From Mobula hypostoma (lineage: Eukaryota), in the NCBI RefSeq assembly GCF_963921235.1, contig NC_086097.1, forward strand, positions 247,630,001 to 247,694,000: a stretch of 64,000 nt of DNA. Direction: 5' to 3'. Numbering within the stretch: position 1 is the first letter of the stretch; the number at the start of each line of letters is the position of its first letter. A program made the position numbers and the translations under genes. Shown here one piece after another: positions 1 to 11,309 of this stretch. The notes beneath the pieces are model-generated. The model saw nothing but the letters and a program-made list of their open reading frames with translations, had not been told where the DNA came from and did not search any database.

Positions 1-730
1 TAAAGTGTTGCTCTAACTGCTATGCTACCCTGCCACCCTACGGAAATAGGTAATAAACACTGGCTTTGATAAAGCATTCACTTGTAAAATGAAAAGGGAA
101 TTAATAATCTCCTGTGGGAATGGATTAATGATAATATAACTCAAAACACTTTTAAAAAGTAGTTGTCCGATAATGCAGCCTAAATGAAATAGGCCGATAC
201 TGAATATTGAATTAACTTTATTTCAACAGCATTCTGTCAATCATAATGACATTTCCTGATATGCTTGCAGAATAATTGTGCAAATATATCAAAATTAGAT
301 TGACTTATGATTTTTCTTCTTTACTTGGATCTGCCAGAAACATTCAGTGATTTGGGAATATTAACATATATCTTAATGTACTTTATCCCCAGAGAATCCA
401 ACTAATAAAAAACACATTTGCTGATTCCACATAAAACGTGGTTTCTTTCCTCTGTGGTGTTTGCTCTAATTGATTCCCAGTCAATTTAATTGGCCCAGAA
501 TATTGTGTGAAGGTAAGAAACCTTTGCCAAGTAACCGCATTCTCGAAAAGCCACAGGCCCAACTATCCATCCAGTTTCTGGACAAGTAATGGCTCACCCA
601 CTATTTTCTCTCTCCTAATGTTTTGCTCTGTTGACCACTGTAGGCACGCCATGTTGGCACCAGAATGTGTGCTGACACTTGTGGGTCCTCAGATGTGTTG
701 GCTGTTAACAAAAATGACATACTTTGTTCA

Positions 731-1037
731 GTAAAAGAGGCCACTCAGTGTATGATCACGGTCTTCTGCCGCTTCACTTCAAGTTCGATGTGCTGTGCGT
801 TCAGAGAGGTTCTTCTGCACGCCGCTGTTGTAATGTGTGGTTATTTGAGTTACTGTCACCTTCCTGTCAGCTTGAACCAGTCTGGCCATTCTCCTCTGAC
901 CTCTCTCATTAACGAGGTGTTTTCGCCCACAGAACTGACGCTCACTGGATGCTCTTTGTTTTTTTGTTTTTCACACCATTTTCCATAAAGTCTAGAGTCT
1001 GTTGTGCACGAAAGTCCCCAGAAACCAGCAGCTTCTA
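731..1037. mobile_element. Tc1/mariner-derived non-autonomous element, left part (split by the insertion at ~1038-3691)
   Basis: Colinear with the second copy at 53820-53922 + 54949-55405. Starts in a TIR-like GGCCACTCAGTGTA motif and breaks at CAGCAGCTTCT. Confidence 0.75.
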
Positions 1038-1039
1038 GG

Positions 1040-3345
1040 TTGGAGGGCCCGCTGGTTCGAGTCACTGCTGTTGGAGGGGCTGCGGGTTCGAGTCACTGCT
1101 GTCGGAGGGCCCGCTGATTCGAGTCACTGCTGTCGGAGGGCCCGCTGGTTCGAGTCACTGCTGTTGGAGGGCCCGCTGGTTCGGGTCACTGCTGTCGGAG
1201 GGCCCGCTGGTTCGAGTCACTGCTGTCGGAGGGCCCGCTGGTTCGAGTCACTGCTGTTGGAGGGCCCGCTGGTTCGAGTCACTGCTGTCGGAGGGGCTGC
1301 GGGTTCGGTTCACTGCTGTCGGAGGGGCTGCGGGTTCGAATCACTGCTGTCGGAGGGCCCGCTGGTTCGAGTCACTGCTGTCGGAGGGGCTGCGGGTTCG
1401 GGTCACTGCTGTCGGAGGGGCTGCGGGTTCGAATCACTGCTGTCGGAGGGCCCGCTGGTTCGAGTCACTGCTGTCGGAGGGGCTGCGGGTTCGAGTCACT
1501 GCTGTCGGACGGGCTGCGGGTTCGAATCACTGCTGTCGGAGGGCCCGCTGGTTCGAGTCACTGCTGTTGGAGGGCCCGCTGGTTCGAGTCACTGCTGTCG
1601 GAGAGGCTGCGGGTTCGAATCACTGCTGTCGGAGGGCCCGCTGGTTCGAGTCACTGCTGTTGGAGGGCCCGCTGGTTCGGGTCACTGCTGTCGGAGGGCC
1701 CGCTGGTTCGAGTCACGGCTGTCGGAGGGGCTGCGGGTTCGAGTCACTGCTGTCGGACGGGCTGCGGGTTCGAATCACTGCTGTCGGAGGGCCCGCTGGT
1801 TCGAGTCACTGCTGTCGGGAGGGGCTGCGGGTTCGGGTCACTGCTGTCGGAGGGGCTGCGGGTTTGTGTCACTGCTGTCGGACGGGCTGCGGGTTCGAGT
1901 CACTGCTGTCGGACGGGCTGCGGGTTCGGGTCACTGCTGTCAGAGGGGCTGCGGGTTCGAGTCACTGCTGTCGGAGGGGCTGCGGGTTTGTGTCACTGCT
2001 GTTGGAGGGGCTGCGGGTTCGAGTCACTGCTGTCGGAGGGGCTGCGGGTTCGGGTCACTGCTGTCGGAGGGGCTGCGGGTTCGAGTCACTGCTGTTGAAG
2101 GGGCTGCGGGTTCGAGTCACTGCTGTCGGAGGGGCTGCGGGTTCGAGTCACTGCTGTCGGAGGGCCCGCTGGTTCGAGTCACTGCTGTTGGAGGGGCTGC
2201 GGGTTCGAGTCACTGCTGTTGGAGGGGCTGCGGGTTCGGGTCACTGCTGTTGAAGGGGCTGCGGGTTTGTGTCACTGCTGTCGGACGGGCTGCGGGTTCG
2301 AGTCACTGCTGTCGGAGGGGCTGCGGGTTCGAGTCACTGTTGTTGGAGGGCCCGCTGGTTCGAGTCACTGCTGTCGGAGGGGCTGCGGGTTCGAGTCACT
2401 GCTGTCGGAGGGCCCGCTGGTTCGAGTCACTGCTGTTGGAGGGGCTGCGGGTTTGTGTCACTGCTGTTGGACGGGCTGCGGGTTCGGGTCACTGCTGTCG
2501 GAGGGGCTGCGGGTTCGAGTCACTGCTGTCGGAGGGGCTGCGGGTTTGAGTCACTGTTGTTGGAGGGGCTGCGGGTTCGAGTTACTGCTGTCGGAGGGGC
2601 TGCGGGTTCGGGTCACTGCTGTTGGAGGGGCTGCGGGTTCGGGTCACTGTTGTTGGAGGGGCTGCGGGTTCGGGTCACTGCTGTCGGAGGGGCTGCGGGT
2701 TCGAGTCACTGTTGTTGGAGGGGCTGCGGGTTCGAGTCACTGCTGTCGGAGGGGCTGCGGGTTCGAGTCACTGTTGTCGGAGGGGCTGCGGGTTCGAGTC
2801 ACTGCTGTCGGAGGGGCTGCGGGTTCGAGTCACTGCTGTCGGAGGGGCTGCGGGTTCGAGTCACTGTTGTTGGAGGGGCTGCGGGTTCGGGTCACTGCTG
2901 TTGGAGGGGCTGCGGGTTCGAGTCACTGCTGTCGGAGGGACTGCGGGTTCGGGTCACTGTTGTTGGAGGGGCTGCGGGTTCGGGTCACTGCTGTCGGAGG
3001 GGCTGCGGGTTCGAAGGGGCTGCGGGTTCGAGTCACTGCTGTCGGAGGGGCTGCGGGTTCGAGTCACTGCTGTTGGAGGGGCTGCGGGTTCGAAGGGGCT
3101 GCGGGTTCGAGTCACTGCTGTCGGAGGGGCTGCGGGTTCGAGTCACTGCTGTCGGAGGGGCTGCGGGTTTGAGTCACTGCTGTCGGAGGGGCTGCGGGTT
3201 CGGGTCACTGCTGTCGGAGGGGCTGCGGGTTCGGGTCACTGCTGTCGGAGGGGCTGCGGGTTCTAGTCACTGCTGTTGGAGGGGCTGCGGGTTTGTGTCA
3301 CTGCTGTCGGAGGGGCTGCGGGTTTGAGTCACTGCCATCGAAGGG
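1040..3345. repeat. GC/CpG-rich minisatellite, 31-bp unit, about 74 copies (consensus GAGTCACTGCTGTCGGAGGGGCTGCGGGTTC; variant ...GGAGGGCCCGCTGGTTC)
   Basis: Directly visible tandem array with no spacers. It explains the overlapping repetitive ORFs at 1002-3327. Confidence 0.98.
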
Positions 3346-3691
3346 GTCACTGGGACCCGATGCTCTCAGAGACATTATCGAAATTCTGAGATTTATGGAT
3401 TAGACTGTAGTTCATGTTGGCCTCTTTCAATTCTATGTTTTTTTGTGCTGCCAAATGGCAGACTGGGGTTTGGGTGATCTGTTAGTTTTTGTGGGAGGGA
3501 GGGGTTTGTGGTTTGTGAGCTTTTGTTTCTTTATCGTTTTGAGCCGGGGGGAGGTGGGGGTGATGTCTTTCTTTCAACTACTTCTATGGTTTACTGTATT
3601 TCCTGCCTATCTGGAGAAGACAAATCTCAGAGTTGTATTCTGCATATGTACTTTGTCAATGAAATGAACCATTGAAACTTTGAAACTTCAA
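3346..3691 (+). mobile_element. Non-autonomous retroposon body with a Rex1-type 3' tail, directly downstream of the minisatellite
   Basis: Ends in AATCTCAGAGTTGTATTCTGCATATGTACTTTG...GAACCATTGAAACTTTGAAAC, resembling Rex1-type tails elsewhere in the window. Confidence 0.55.
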
Positions 3692-3903
3692 ACTCAAAAC
3701 ACCTCGTCTGGCACAAACAATCATCCCATGATCAAAGTCACATTTCTTCCCCATTCCGATGTTTGATCTGAACAACAACTGAATCTCTTGACCATTTTGG
3801 CATGCTTTAATGCATTGAGTTACTGCCACATCATTGGCTGATTAGATATTTGCATGAACTAAAAAGCGTACAAGTCTACCTGATAAAGTGGTCACTAAGT
3901 GTA
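3692..3903. mobile_element. Tc1/mariner-derived non-autonomous element, right part with TIR
   Basis: Resumes the sequence broken at 1037. Ends with TIR-like TACCTGATAAAGTGGTCACTAAGTGTA; homologous to 55185-55405. Confidence 0.75.
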
Positions 3904-3904
3904 T

Positions 3905-4445
3905 TTCAAAGTTCAAAGTAAATTTATTATTAAAGTAGCCATATACAACCCTGCGATTCATTTTCTTGCAGGCATACTCAATAAATCCATAATAAAATAA
4001 TAACACAATCAATGAAAGACTGCACCAACTTGGGAGTTCAACCAGTTTGCAAAAAACAACAAACTGTGTAAATACAAAAAGAAAAATAATAATAAATACA
4101 TAAATAACTGATAAAGATCAAGAACATAAGAAGAGTCCTTGAAAATGAGTCCAAAGGTTGTGGGAACAATTCGGTGATGGGGCAAGTGAATTTGAGTGAA
4201 GTTATCAAGTTCAAGAGCCTGATGGTTGAGGGGTAATAACTGATCCTGAACCTGGTAGTGAGAGTCCTGAGGCTCCTGTACCTTCTTCCTGGTGGCAGCA
4301 GTGAGAAGAGAGCGTGACCTGGGTGGTGGGGGTCCCTGATGATGGATGCTGTTTTCTTACTACAGCGTTTTACGTAGATGGGGTAGGGATGGCTTTACCC
4401 GTGATGGACTGAGCAGTATCCACTACTTTTTTGTAAGATTTTCTG
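3905..4445 (-). mobile_element. Rex1/Babar LINE 3' fragment
   Basis: Minus-strand remnant KKVVDTAQSITGKAIP, with the family 3' UTR and (TTTGAAC)-type tail. Confidence 0.75.
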
Positions 4446-4879
4446 TATTGTTGCTTGTAGGACCTGTTGTATTTCTCTCTGTGTTTCAAGGTACATATGA
4501 TGAATAAACTGGAATCTGAATCTAATTTGCAATACTCCTGGCTTTGAGTGACAGAGCATGCCTGGATCCTCTTTGCTGTTGAGTTTGGGTTTTCCACTGC
4601 ATTGAGATTAAACGTTGGTTGCCTAAATCAGGTGTCCAGACCAAACCAAAACATACGAGGAAGAAATGAAGCAGCTCACTCTTTTTCAGGTGACACCAAG
4701 CCCAGCCCTGGCTCCGTTAGAATATGGTGGATCGGTTACTCCAGTCATCTTCATCTGCAATTCAAGCCCTTCTGCATTGCTCAACGCGTTCTAATGTCTG
4801 ATCAGAATAGGTGGAGATCTGGCTCACCTATCCTCAGAATCGAACCTGATGAATCTCGGGTGGCAGTCTCCAGTCACAA

Positions 4880-7577
4880 ATGCAGCTGCCCCTTAAGGAA
4901 ACGGAAGGGATGATGCTGCGCCAGAGCAAATGCTCGCATAAGGAGCAGAGTGTTCCAGCTTTCACTTCCGACTATTCTGCTGGCAAACGTAGTCACCAGT
5001 GAATAAAATTAAAGATCTCACAGCAATATTGCTGCACCGGAGGGACGTCAGGAACTGTTGTGTTTCTTGTTTACGGAGACTTGGATAAACCCCGCCACTC
5101 TAGATGCAGCCTTACAAGTTATTGGCTTCACGATTTAACACCAAGATTTGACCACTGAGTCTTTCAAAGGCAGAGTAGGTGGAGTATGTTTTATGATTTA
5201 CTCTTTGTAGCGTACAAACGTGGTGGTTCTGTCCCAGTCCTGCTCACTCAACCCGGAGCATCTTGTGGTCAAGTGTTCTCCATTTTATCTGCCGCGGCAG
5301 TCTCCATCCACCATCTTGGTAGCGGTGAACATCCCACCCATGTCAACCAGGCTCCAGATGAACTGAGCGACGTAATCAACACGCATAAAACAGCAAACCC
5401 TGATGGTTTCCCCATCCTTCTGGGGGACTTTAACCAGGCTAGCTTGAAAAAGTCACCAAATAATTATCACCAACATATCACTCATGAAAACCAGAGGAGC
5501 CAACACACTGGATCACTGTTATACTACTATCAAGAGTGCTTTCCGTGCTATCCCACACCTCACTTTGGAAAGTCTGATCACCTGGCTGTACTTCTACTCC
5601 CTGAGACTGAAGACTACAGCACCAGTAGTGAGGATCAAGAAGGTACGGATAAGGGAGGCACTGGAGGGCTTACAGGACTGCTTTGAATCAGTAGACTGCA
5701 CTAAATTCACTTTTTCATCTTCATGTCTGGATGAGTGTGCCACAGTTGTCATTGACTTCATTAAAATCTGTGTGGACGAGTGTTTGCCTATGAGAACATA
5801 CTGTACAAACCCAAATCAAAAACAGTGGATGAAGCAGGAGATTCGTGGTCTGCTGAGGGGTAGATCTGAGGCATTCAAATCTAGTGATCCAAGACTGTAC
5901 AAGAAGGCTAGGTATGACTTAAGAAGGACTATCTCAAGAGCAAACGAACAATTCTGAGCGAGGACGGAGGCAACATCGGATGCGCATCAGCTCTGGCAGG
6001 GTTTGCAGGCCATTCCTTCCTACAGAGTGAAACCGAAGATCATGAATGGCAGCGATGCTTCACTCTCAGATGAGCTCAATGCCTTTTACGCTCGCTTTGA
6101 AAGGCAGAATAAAACCACAGCTATGAGGATCCCTGCAGCACATGGTGACCCTGTGATCTCTGTCTCAGAGTCAGATATTAGAATGTCTTTCCAGAGAGTG
6201 AACCCTCGCAAGGCGACAGGCCCCAGTGGTGTATCTGGTCGGCTCCGAAAACCTGTGCCAACTAACTGGGGGGGGGGGTGTTCAAAGACATTTTTAATCT
6301 CTCATTGCTACAGTTGGAAATTCCCACTTTCAACAACTGTTCCAGTGCCCAAGAAGAGCAGGGTGAGCTATCTTAACAACCGTTGTCCAGCAGCACTCAC
6401 GTCTACAGTGATGAAGAGCTTTGAGAGGTTGGTTACGGCTGGCGTCAATCCCTGCCTCAGCAAGGAACTGGACCCACTGCAATTTGCCTATCGCCACAAC
6501 AGTGAATGTGATTTCACTGGCTCTTCACATGGCTTCGGATCAGCTGAACAATAGTAAGACTTACGTCAGGCTGCTGTTTATTGACTGCAGCTCAGTGTTG
6601 AACACCATCGTTCCTACAGGTCTGATCAAAAAGCACCAAAACCTGGGCCTCTGTACCTTCCTTTGCAACTGGATGGGCGACTTCCTCACCAGAAGACCAC
6701 AATCTGTGCAGATCAGAAACAACACCAACACCTCACTGACAATCAACACTGGCGCACCTCAAGGACATGTGCTTAGCCCACTGCTCTACTCTCCCTACAC
6801 CCGCGACTGTGTGGCGAGTCGCAGCTCAGGTGTCATTCATAAATTTGCTGACGACACAACTATTGTTGGTAGAATTTCAGATGGTGACAAGAAGGCATAC
6901 AGGAGTGAGACAGATCAGCTGGTTGAGTGGTGTCACAGCAACAACCTTGTACTCAATGTCAGGAAGACCAAAGAGCTGATTGTGGGTTTCAGAAAGGGTA
7001 AAATGAGGGAGCACAAACTAATCCTCATAGAGGGATCAGAAGTGAAAAGGGTGAGCACTTTCAAGCTCTTGGGTGTCAACATCTCTGAGGATCTATTCTG
7101 GGCCCAACATATCACTGCAGTTATAAAGAAGGCATGGCAACAGTTATATTCCATTAGGGGTTCGAAGAGATTTGGTATGTCACCAATGTCACTTGCAAAT
7201 TTCTATCATGGAGCGCATTCTAACTCTGTGCTTCACTATCTGATATGGGGGGGGGGCGGGTGTGCTACTGCACAGGATCAAAATAAGCTTCAGAAAGTTG
7301 TAAGCTCAGTCAGCTCATCACAGGCATGAGCCTCCGCACCATCCAGGACATGCCCTCTTCTCATTGCTACCATCAGGGAGGAGGTACAGGAGCCTGAAGG
7401 CACACACTCAACGACTCAGGAACAACTTCTTCCCCTCTGCCATCAGATTTCTGATATAGTTCTTCCTGTAATCCACAGTTTATATCATTACGTATTGCAT
7501 TGCACTGCTGCCGCATAACAACAAATTCCATGACACATGCCGGCGATATTAGACCTGGTTCTGATTCTGATTCTGAA
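4880..7577 (+). mobile_element. Rex1/Babar LINE, near full-length, decayed (APE endonuclease + reverse transcriptase)
   Basis: Frameshifted ORF pieces: ILLGDFNQASL, TRGANTLDHCYT, FGKSDHLAVLLLP (APE); LDPLQFAYR, GAPQGHVLSPLLYS, KFADDTT (RT). Ends in a (GATTCT)n tail. Confidence 0.92.
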
Positions 7578-7606
7578 ATCACTGCCCCAGTGCTTGGGTC
7601 ATGTCA

Positions 7607-8430
7607 GTCAGAATCACAATCAGGTTTAATATCACCGGTGTGCATTGTGAAATGTGTTGTTATGTTGCAGCAGTACATTGCAATATATAATAATAAAAAC
7701 TGTAAACTATAATAAGAAATATATATATAGTGCAAAAAGAGAGCAAAAAGACAACAAAAAATTGTTGTGAGGTAGTGTCCATGGGTTCAATGTCCATTTA
7801 GAAATCTGATGGCAGAGGGGAAGAAACTACCTGTGAATCACTGAGTGTGTGCCTTTAGTCTTCAGTTCCTCCTCCTGACGGTAGCAATGAGAAGAGGGCA
7901 TGTCCTGGGTGATGAGGGTCCTTAATGATGGATGCCGCCTCTTTGAGGCATTGCCTTTTGAAGGTGTCCTCGATGCTGGGGAGGCTGGTGCCCTGGATGG
8001 AGCTGGCTGAGTTTACAATTTTCTGTAGCTTTTCGTTATCTTGTACAGCGACCCCTCCATACCGGACAGTGATGCAATTAGTTAAAATGCTCTCCAAGGT
8101 ACGTCTGTAGAAATTTTCAAAAGCCTCACCAGAGTCTCCTCAAACTCTTAATGAAACATAGCCACTGTTGTGCCTTCTTTGCAATTGGATCAATATGATG
8201 GACCAAGGATAGATCCTTAGAGATGTGGACACCCAGGAACTTGAAACTGCTCACCCTTTCCACGTCTGATCACTCGGTGAGGGCTACCGTGTGTTTTCCT
8301 TTGAATTCCCCTTCCTGAAGTCCACAATCCATTCCTTGGTCTTACTGTAATGTTATTGCTGTGACACCACTTGACCAGCTGATATACGTTGCTCCTGTAT
8401 GCCTCCTTGCCACAAATGCTAACTCTGCCC
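7607..8430 (-). mobile_element. Rex1/Babar LINE 3' part
   Basis: ESILTNCITVRYG...AASIIKDPHHPGHALFSLLPSG C-terminal motif plus 3' UTR. Confidence 0.85.
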
Positions 8431-8507
8431 GTAATAAGTCCCTGATTATATTGGATCTTGTGCACACTTTGGGATGAGCTAACTCCAAACAAGTTTTCCA
8501 TTTCCAG

Positions 8508-8740
8508 CTCTGTCAAGGCCAAGGATTCATGGAGGTCAAAAGAAACAAGGATTCCTTCAGAGTGTCTCTGAAAACATCACAATTGAAATTGAAACTTGTG
8601 AAATTCAAGCACTGAAGAAGCATCTCCAGGACTGTAATTTGATGAAAAATCCTCTCATTTCAAGTAACCTTCAAGTCACCTCTCTCAGCCAATCGATGAA
8701 AGTACACAAAAGGAAGAGAAGACAAATAGACAGAAAATAG
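8508..8740 (+). CDS. Candidate host-gene coding exon (unidentified)
   Basis: CTAAC branch-like motif about 25 nt upstream, acceptor TTTTCCATTTCCAG, non-repeat sequence, open frame LSRPRIHGG...VHKRKRRQIDRK ending at TAG 8738-8740. No recognised homology. Confidence 0.3.
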
Positions 8741-8749
8741 CAGAGGAAT

Positions 8750-8895
8750 ATTCCAGCCCTGATGAAGGGTCTCGGCCTGAAAGGTCGACTGTTTATTGCC
8801 CTCCATCGATACCGCCTGACCTGCTGAATTTCCCAGCACTCCAGCACTTTGTCCGTGGGTGTCACTCAACATTTTCACCATCTGCAGAATCTCTT
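8750..8895 (+). mobile_element. Penelope-like element pLTR fragment with degenerate minimal hammerhead ribozyme
   Basis: CAGCC-CTGATGA-AGGGTCTCGGCCT-GAAA-GGTC-GACTG followed by the typical CCTGACCTGCTGAATTTCCCAGC segment. Confidence 0.8.
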
Positions 8896-9165
8896 GCCAT
8901 ATGTTATGAAATTTGTTCACTTTGCAGCAGCAGTGTAATGCAATATATGATAAATATAGAAAAAGCTGAATTAAAGTAAGTATGTATATGTATATTAAAT
9001 AGTTCAATTACGATAAAAAGTGCAAAAACAGAAATTAATAAAGAAATGTAGTGAGGTAGTGTTCATGGGTTCAATGTCCCTTCAGGAATCTGATGGCAGA
9101 GGGAAAGAAGCTGTTCCTGAATTGTTGAGTGTGTGCCTTCAGGCTTCTGTACCTCCTCCTTGATA
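8896..9165 (-). mobile_element. Rex1/Babar 3' UTR fragment
   Basis: Matches the 3' UTRs at 7607-7870 and 30833-31010; cut by the CR1 at 9166. Confidence 0.7.
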
Positions 9166-10725
9166 GTAGAAACATAGAAACATAGAAAATAGGTGCAGGA
9201 GTAGGCCATTCGGCCCTTCGAGCCTGCACCACCATTCAGTATGATCATGGCTGATCATCCAACTCAGAACCCTGTACCTGCCTTCCCTCCATATCCCCTG
9301 ATCCCTTTAGCCACAAGGGCCATATCTAACTCCCTCTTAAACATAGCCAATGAACTGGCCTCAACTGTTTCCTGTGGCAGAGAATTTCACAGATTCACCA
9401 CTCTCTGTGTGAAGAAGTTTTTCCTAATCTCGGTCCTAAAAGGCTTCCCCTTTATCCTCAAACTGTGACCCCTCGTTCTGGACTTCCCCAACATCGGGAA
9501 CAATCTTCCTGCATCTATCCTGTCCAATCCCTTTAGGATTTTATACGTTTCATTAAGATCCCACCTCAATCTTCCAAATTCCAGAGAGTACAAGCCTAGT
9601 CGATCCAGTCTTTCATCATATGAAAGTCCTGCCATCCCAGGAATCAATCTGGTGAACCTTCTTTGTACTCCCTCTATGGCAAAAATGTCTTTCCTCAGAT
9701 TAGGGGACCAAAACTGCACACAATACTCCAGGTGTGGTCTCACCAAGGCCTTGTACAACTGCAGTAGTACCTCCCTGCTCCTGTACTTGAATCCTCTTGC
9801 TATGAGTGCCAGCATACCATTCGCCTTTTTCACCGTCTGCTGTACCTGCATGCCCACTTTCAATGACTGGTATATAACGACACCCAGGTCTCGTTGCTCC
9901 TCCCCTTTTCCTAATCGGCCACCATTCAGATAATAATCTGTTTTCCTGTTTTTGCCACAAAAGTGGATGACCTCATATTTATTCACATTAAATTGCATCT
10001 GCCATGAATTTGCCCACTCACCTAACCTATCCAAGTCACTCTGCATCCTCTTAGCATCCTCCTCACAGCTAACACTGCCGCCCAGCTTTGTGTCATCCAC
10101 AAACTTGGAGATGCTGCATTTAATTCCCTCATCTAAGTCATTAATATATATTGTAGACAACTGGGGTCCCAGCACTGAGCCTTGCGGTACCCCACTAGTC
10201 ACTGCCTGCCATTCTGAAAAGGTCCCGTTTATTCCCATTCTTTGCTTCCTGTCTGCCAACCAATTCTCTATCCACATCAATACCATACCCCCAATACCGT
10301 GTGCTTTAAGTTTGCACACTAATCTCCTGTGTGGGACTTTGTCAAAAGCCTTGTGAAAATCCAAATATACCACATCCACTGGTTCTGCCCTATCCACTCT
10401 ACTAGTTACATCCTCGAAAAATTCTATGAGATTCGTCAGACATGATTTTCCTTTCACAAATCCATGTTGACTTTGTCTGATGATTTCACCGCTTTCCAAA
10501 TGTGCTGTTATCACATCTTTGATAACTGACTCTAGCATTTTCCCCACCACTGACGTTAGGCTAACCGGTCTATAATTCCCTGGTTTCTCTCTCCCTCCTT
10601 TTTTAAAAAGCGGGGTTACATTAGCCACTCTCCAATCCTCAGGAACTAGTCCAGAATCTAAAGAGTTTTGAAAAACTATCACTAATGCATCTACTATTTC
10701 TTGGGCTACTTCCTGAAGCACTCAG
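9166..10725 (-). mobile_element. CR1 LINE, 5'-truncated, with an open 444-aa RT frame
   Basis: ORF 9387-10721: WRVANVTPLFKKG, GNYRPVSLTS, YLDFHKAFDKV, GVPQGSVLGP, KFVDDTK, RPHLEYCVQFWSP. (TTTCTATG)n tail at ~9167-9190. Confidence 0.96.
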
Positions 10726-10868
10726 GTCCTCCAGGTCCGGCAACGTCCTCGTAAATTTTCTCTGTACTCTTTCAGCCTTGTTTCCTGTTGGTCGGTGACC
10801 AAAACTGCACACAATTCTCCAAATTAGGTCTCACCAATATCTTATACATCTTCAACATTAAGTATTTC

Positions 10869-11070
10869 ATTTAAATAATATGTAAATATTATTGTTTAAA
10901 AATAGCTAATTACTGCCTGATTTAGGAACATGGCTCAGGAAAGTTCTATATTCGATTTAAATAATATGTAAATATGATTATTAGAAAATAGCTACATTAC
11001 TGCTTGATTTAGGACTATCGCTCAAAAAAGTTCCATAATTAATTTAAATAATACTTAAATGTTATTATTT
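10869..11070. repeat. AT-rich diverged tandem repeat, 86-87 bp unit, about 2.3 copies
   Basis: ATTTAAATAATA recurs at 10869, 10955 and 11042 with colinear downstream sequence. Confidence 0.85.
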
Positions 11071-11309
11071 TCAGCCTATCCTTACAGAGTCGCACAAAGA
11101 ATGTAAAGTGGTCATTGTGTAGGCATTACATCATAGCATAGATTTATCACGCATGAACATAAATTCAGGTTAAACATGTAGGTGTCATTAAAATAGGGAT
11201 ATAAAGAGAGATAAGGCTTAGGTAGATAGGGTTAGGCTGGTTGATAAGTACAGGCATTGGTGGATAATAGGTATCAAAAGACATAGCAAGGGGAAAGAGT
11301 TATAGTTAT

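Noticed and set aside
1002..3327. Genuine Cys-rich (keratin-associated or metallothionein-like) protein gene
   Set aside because: The ORFs arise mechanically from a stop-free 31-bp unit, begin at non-ATG codons, and lie inside a split transposon.
1040..3345. CRISPR array
   Set aside because: Units are contiguous with no unique spacers, there are no cas genes, and the context is vertebrate.
4548..4913. 121-aa ORF as a stand-alone gene
   Set aside because: GTG start, no recognisable domain, and its end runs into the 5' region of the Rex1 element.
9241..10356. Plus-strand ORFs overlapping the CR1 (and similar antisense ORFs over other LINEs)
   Set aside because: They are shadow frames of retrotransposon coding sequence.
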